In this document: piece by piece, positions 34,202 through 39,435 of the stretch
How positions within the stretch are numbered: the first letter of the stretch is position 1
Layout: each line of letters starts with the position of its first letter
DNA from: Mesotaenium endlicherianum
Taxonomy: Eukaryota
Assembly (NCBI GenBank): GCA_009602735.1
Contig: WELA01000361.1
Location: 1-39,435 of the forward strand
Direction of reading: 5' to 3'
Length of the DNA: 39,435 bases
Made by a program: the position numbers and the translations under genes
The notes under the pieces: generated by a model
Databases searched by the model: none
What the model was told of the DNA's origin: nothing
Seen by the model: the letters and a program-made list of their open reading frames with translations, nothing else

Positions 34202-37200
34202 ATGGCAAGGTCAAGAACGAGACCACCAGGGGGCTTGTCTGGAAGCTTCAGTGGGTGGCCCACAGGAAGAAATGGCGCACTTGCTATTTGTAGTGTCCTC
34301 TTTTCAACGGCCATTCTCCTCTCACTGATCTCTTCCTCATCCAAGCCTGTCACAACTCAGAGGATACCTCCTGAGGTTCCCCTTGCTACTACTGACTTTG
34401 AAGGTAAGGAGCTAAATGATCCATTCTTCACATCTAGTATCCAGATTCTCGTGGTCGTTTTCCCAGACGTCTGGCTTTTGAAGCATTGTCGATGTGATGG
34501 CTATGAGCTCCTGCTGATCTGTATAAGTCAAGAATGAGAAGACAGCATTGGCTGACCTTGACCTCTTACCTCCTCTGCGTTTGATCTTACGACTCCAAAC
34601 CTAATGCGAAGCTTATGATAGAGAAAACGCATGTGAGTGACTGAAGATATAATAAATTTTGTTAGTCCTTCACAAACAAAAGTCAAGGGAAGCCGTTATA
34701 CGACTCAAGGTGCGATATCTTTCTGGGCTGGCTGTGGATTTTCTCATCACACTCTCTTCCATCACGTCTATGCAGTGAGCCATGAGACCGATAGCATGCT
34801 GCCACAACACACGGGGGGACTTCAGGCTCAGCCCGATGTGAAGTTCTTGTTGCGCTCAGAAGGTGACAAAGACATTGTAAGCTCCGAGAAAGGGACAGAT
34901 GCAACTGAGGGTCGCGAGAAGGACTTTGAGGGTGAAGGTCAGGAGGGCAATTTAGTCATCGAGCAAAAGTCAGCAGCAGTGCCGGGACAGGAGGATGAAA
35001 CAAGTGTCAACACAGCAGGCGAGAGGGACGGGGGGACAATTGAGAAGGACATTGCTGAAAAGGAGAACTCGACAGGGGTAGGGATCAGCGCTGAAGATGA
35101 TGATCAGGGCTCTGCGGAAGAGACGGACGAGAATGAGAATGCTGGAAAGGGAGAGAAGGGAGATGGGGGAGGCTCCGGTCTAAAGCAAAAGGAGGAGGGC
35201 GAAACCATCATGCAGGACAGAATGGGCAGTCGGAAGAACGACGATGAAAAAGAGAGTGCATCAGAACTTGGGGATGGATCAACAAAAGAAGGTGACGGGG
35301 ATGATGGAGAGGCGGAGGGTGAGGGCGATGAGGCCCCTAGTGGTAGCAAAGGGGATGGGGCTGAAAGGGAGGCCCTAGAAGGAGCAGCCGGGGCCACAAA
35401 GGGTGCCTCTGCTAGGAGGAGGGGGAAAGGAGTAAGGGCCGATGAGGTTGAAGATGAGGTTGCCCCAGAGGGTGGGGAGGAAGGGGAGGAGGAAGGAGAA
35501 GAGGGAGGAGAAAGGAGAGGGAAAGGGAGAGGGGAAGGGGGGAGGGAAGGGGAAGGACAAGGTGAAGGGGGAGGGGAAGGCAGAGGAGGAGAAGGGGGAG
35601 GGGAGGAGTCAGAAGACTTGGCTACAGACAGGAAGAGGGGGGGATTAGAAGCACACTCGGAAAAAGCCTCACAGGGTAGAAGCTCAGGTGAGCAGGAGGA
35701 GCTCCAGCCAGAGGGTGAGGCGAGGCCAGCAGTATCTGAAGGCACCAAGGGGCGGCCGAGAAGCAGAGGCAGCAGACCGAGTAAGTCATTGGGCTTGAGC
35801 AAACCATACAGCTTGCCGGTGTGTGGTTTTTATTATGGCACTCGTCTTGCATGACTCGGATTGGTGCAGTTGTTGCCAGCCACGACACTTGTCCTGCGTG
35901 ACTCGGATCGGTGTGTTTGCCACTACTGAAGACGCCATGTGTCTAAAGAAGGAAGCGACTTGAGAGCTGCAAGCTGGAGGCTGCACCAGCTGCACAAGCA
36001 GCTGAAAAGCTTGTCTAAAGCTTAGCAGTCGAACTTGTAACAGAAAAAAGCTTGCTGAGGGAGAGGAGAAGAGTTGCTGGGAGGCACGAGGTAAGGCCAG
36101 GTGGCTGTGTCAGGCTCCCCGGCTTCTCGCGGGCAAACATACGCCTCCACCTTCAGGCGGTGGGCGCTCCTGCCAGAGCCCTTCCTCCACCTGGCTGTCC
36201 CTCCCGGCCAGCCTGAGGGCTCAGGCAGGCTGGCTGGAGACCTGCAGGACTGCAGGAGTGGACATCCCTTGCTTTTGGAGGCACCCTGGCAAGGGAGCCA
36301 GGCTCTCAGCCTTCAGGCACCCACCCTGCTGCATTTGAGCTTGAACCCTGTTCACACGGGCGGCCTTTATCATCTGCCCTTGTCTCTCACCTCTACAGGG
36401 CAGGGTCTGCACGCAATTAGAGGCTGCAGAACCATAGAGTGGATGCCTGATGCCTCACACGAGCTGCTCCGCCGCCTCTTTCTGCGATGGACTTCTTTTC
36501 CTGCTGCGAGCGCCGACTGAAATCTTTTTTCTTTTTTCGTTCTGCAGTACCTTCTGCGGAGGTGGCACTCTAAGTGTCTTGCCTGAGACCTCCAGTTGCT
36601 GAATGATCATGCATCACTCTTATGAACGAACCCAGCAGGCTTGATTCGGGGACCTTCCCTGCCTCCTCTCCAACCCTCTGAAGCTCATTAAGCAGCAAGC
36701 GCCCGGGATCTGTCACTTGTCGCACGTCGCGCTCGAACGCACGCGTTTGGGTGTGTGGGTAAAGACAAGGTGTCACGTGTTTCAAGCATTGAAGCTTACA
36801 GTTATCGTCTCAAACAATATATAAAAGTATAATAAGAAACCCAGCCTACACCGTTTCCGCCTTTGACTCAAAAAGCCCAAGCAAGCGCTAGAGTCCCCCA
36901 GTCTGCCCCAAAGATGAGTGAGCTTGAAATTTGTGCTCACCCGTGGATAGCTACGCATACGCATGTGGGAAAAGCAGGCCTGGGACCTGCATGCAACGTC
37001 TACAGGGGAAGGTGGGTGTCCGACCAATCCCGGCCCCTGTACCAGGGGAAGATTTGCAAGTGGATCTCGCCCAACTGGGCGTGCAGGCTCAGCAAGCGCC
37101 CCAAGTTCACCTACGAGAAGTACAGGTGGCAGCCCCACGACTGCGACATCCCCCGCTTCGACCGCACCGACTTTCTGGAGAGGTCAGCCAGCCAGCCGCC

Positions 37201-39268
37201 CACCCGCTCGCCCGCTCGCTCGCCTGCCCAACCCCCCTCCGGCATCCTACCACTCACCGCATGACCCCCTCCACAAACCAATTTTCCAGCCTTTTCTGAG
37301 AAATCTCGTAGGGCTTTGATGAATACATGCATAGCATGTAGAATGTGCGAATTGCTCCGAAATTGCTCTAAGAGGGCAAGCGTGCCAGTGCCAAGAAGTG
37401 CGGGCATGTCAGGGTCAAGAAACAGGGGAGCTCGGGTTTAAGGAAGAGCTTACAGTGCAGGAGAGGCTGACAGTGGAGGGGGGGCTCATTGTGAGGGTAA
37501 GGGTTTAAGGAAGGGGCGTACGGTGCAGGAGGGGCGGACAGTGGAGGGAGGGCTCATAGCAGCGGGTTAGGGTTTAAGGAAGGGGCTTACGGTGCAGGGG
37601 GAGGGCTCATGTTGCTGGGAGGGCTAGGGTCTTGCAGCCAATGCAGGAGGAAACAGCTCGGGCCACCAGAGGGAGTGAACTTGCACTATATGTTTTTTAA
37701 TTTTCTTCTCCTCTTCCCCTTAGGAGCTTCGCCAGGAGACTGCCGCGCGCGCATCCCCTGCTCCCCTGCTCGCTGCTCCCCTGCTCGTCTCCCCCGTATA
37801 TCAGACGTGTTATCCCAAGGAGCACGCATGGGGTCCTGCACCTAGCAGCTAGCAGCTGCCAGCAGCAGTTGGCAGCAGCAGCTGGCAGCTGACAGCTGGC
37901 AGCAACAGCTGGCAGCAGCAGCCGGGCGCTGCTCCCGCGAGCAGCCGTCATTTCCCCCCGCCCCTTGGCCCGCGTCTACAAGCCGAGCCCTCGGCCATTT
38001 CGGATGTCACCGCATGTTTGCTCCCTTTCCACGCGGCTGGCGGGCGTCACAATCGTGACGTTCCCCTCTGCCGCTCTCGCTCTGCTCCCCCTGCGGCCCT
38101 GCAGGGGCGACTGTCTACCTGCCTGCAGGGAAGGCCGGCAGTCCCTCCCCTGCCTTGTGTAGCAGAGCCTCTCTGCAGCCTGCCTGCTCCGTTTATGGTG
38201 CCGTTCCACTGGCCCATAGTAGTGGAGGCCGGTAGTCTCTCCCCTGCCTAGCAGCAGAGCCTCTCTGCTGCTCCAGCCTCACAGCCAAGGGTCCTGCCTG
38301 CTCTCTATGAGGTGCTTCTCACGAGTCTGCTGGGGGTATGTACTGGGACTGGAACATCGTTTGAAGCTAATTCTGGGAAACTTCAGAGCAGCAAAAATTA
38401 TGGCTATGCTGACCCCCGCCTGTGTCCAGTCATAAGCTCAGCTAGACCACAATCACACCGTACTCAAGGCCCGGTCAACAGCGGTCAAACCCGGAGAGAA
38501 GCAGGCTTGTAAAGGACGTGTTCAGGCATTCACTCACTTTTGAGAAACTTTGAGAGCATCTCCCACTGACAATCCCCTCACCGTCTGCTGCGCTTGCTCC
38601 ACCTGGCTCCTCCCTCCCTGTGCGCCTGTGCCTGTGCATGTGCCGGCAACAACGATGTGGTCGCCCAAAACAACGACAACCCCCGGCACAACGACATAAC
38701 AACATGACCACGCGCTCCCCTCTCCCTGCGCCGCACGCCGACGGCGTGGCCTCAAACACCCGACACAACACCAACACCGACGACAACGACGACGACGACA
38801 CAACGCGCAACGTGCCCCCCGCAACAACGACACACGACGCGCACCGTGCACTCGAAACAACGGCAACGACACGACAACAACGCAACAACAAAACGACGGC
38901 AGGATGCGCAACAAGGCGCTGGCGTTTGTCGGGGACTCCCTGGGGCAGCAGCAGTTCCAGTCCATGCTGTGCTTGCTCTCCGACGGGCCCGACGACCCCC
39001 GCGTTGCCGACGTGGGCACAGAGTATGGTTTCCACTACCCCCCAGGCGGCGTCGCGAAACGCCCCACCGGGTGGGCGTACCGGTTCGCCGAGACCAACAC
39101 GACGGTGCTCATGGGGTGGACGTCGACGCTGTGCGAGCTGGAGCCGTACAACCCGTCGGATCACTCCAAGGGATACGCGATGCATCTGGACCGCCCGGAC
39201 GCGTTCGTGCGCGACTACCTGGGGAGCATTGACGTGGCCGTGCTCAACACGGGCCACCACTGGAACAG
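34202..39268 (+). CDS. Trichome-birefringence-like (TBL / PC-esterase) polysaccharide O-acetyltransferase, 3'-incomplete; exons 34202-34403, 34776-35780, 36978-37182, 38903-39268
   Basis: Type II signal anchor ([18 protein letters not shown]), acidic stem, PMR5-N domain CNVYRGRWV...RPLY...C...W.C...R....[13 protein letters not shown]...FLER, then [25 protein letters not shown] (GDS motif) and [13 protein letters not shown]. Intron phases 1, 1, 2 are consistent. The DxxH motif would lie beyond the window. Confidence 0.92.
37434..37630. repeat. ~67-69 bp minisatellite (about 3 copies) with telomere-like junctions in a TBL intron
   Basis: Units start with gggtttaaggaag at 37434, 37501 and 37570, each followed by gtgcagg and gggctcat. 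Confidence 0.85.
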
Positions 39269-39435
39269 GTGGGGACACGTCGCCACTGCCTCCGCTCCTG
39301 CTTCTGCTCCAGTTCCTGCTCTTGTTCCTGCTCCTGCTCCTGCTCCTGCTTCCGCCTCAGTCCTGCTACGTTGAACTTGGCCGGTATGGAGACATGAAGA
39401 TGCAATGCACAGCTTGCTGGCCTCCTCCCCCCCCC

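Noticed and set aside
36520..36573. Strong polypyrimidine acceptor (…ttttttcgttctgcag at 36547) in TBL intron 2, a possible micro-exon
   Set aside because: No phase-compatible donor was found, and read-through from the upstream exon reaches TAA within a few codons; unsupported without RNA data.
1..39435. tRNA, rRNA, snRNA genes and autonomous transposons
   Set aside because: No cloverleaf, rRNA-like tract, transposase/RT/integrase motif, LTR or TIR pair was recognised by eye; small RNAs cannot be excluded without covariance-model searches.

Overview
This is eukaryotic nuclear DNA from a draft assembly (several N gaps), with GT-AG spliceosomal introns rich in simple repeats. The gene set (plastid ClpP6, plant-type mitoribosomal mS23/mS26, a TBL O-acetyltransferase) and scattered TTTAGGG-like motifs point to a streptophyte, probably a GC-rich charophyte/zygnematophyte alga; this assignment is inference. 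Seven protein-coding loci can be reconstructed by hand: a NagZ-type GH3 beta-N-acetylglucosaminidase (+), a small membrane-anchored ARM-repeat protein (-), mS26-like (-) and mS23-like (+) head-to-head, an apparently intronless TMEM161-family gene (-), ClpP6 (+, catalytic exon probably inside a gap) and a 3'-incomplete TBL/PC-esterase gene (+). The first ~9.7 kb is a visually identical repeat joined by single-N junctions and is most likely a false duplication from assembly. The most interesting leads are the intron-bearing bacterial-type NagZ (possible plastid peptidoglycan turnover or horizontal transfer), recurrent degenerate copies of splice junctions inside introns, the divergent mitoribosomal gene pair, and an apparent 5'-to-3' rise in GC. 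All family assignments come from motif recognition and memory, not database searches.
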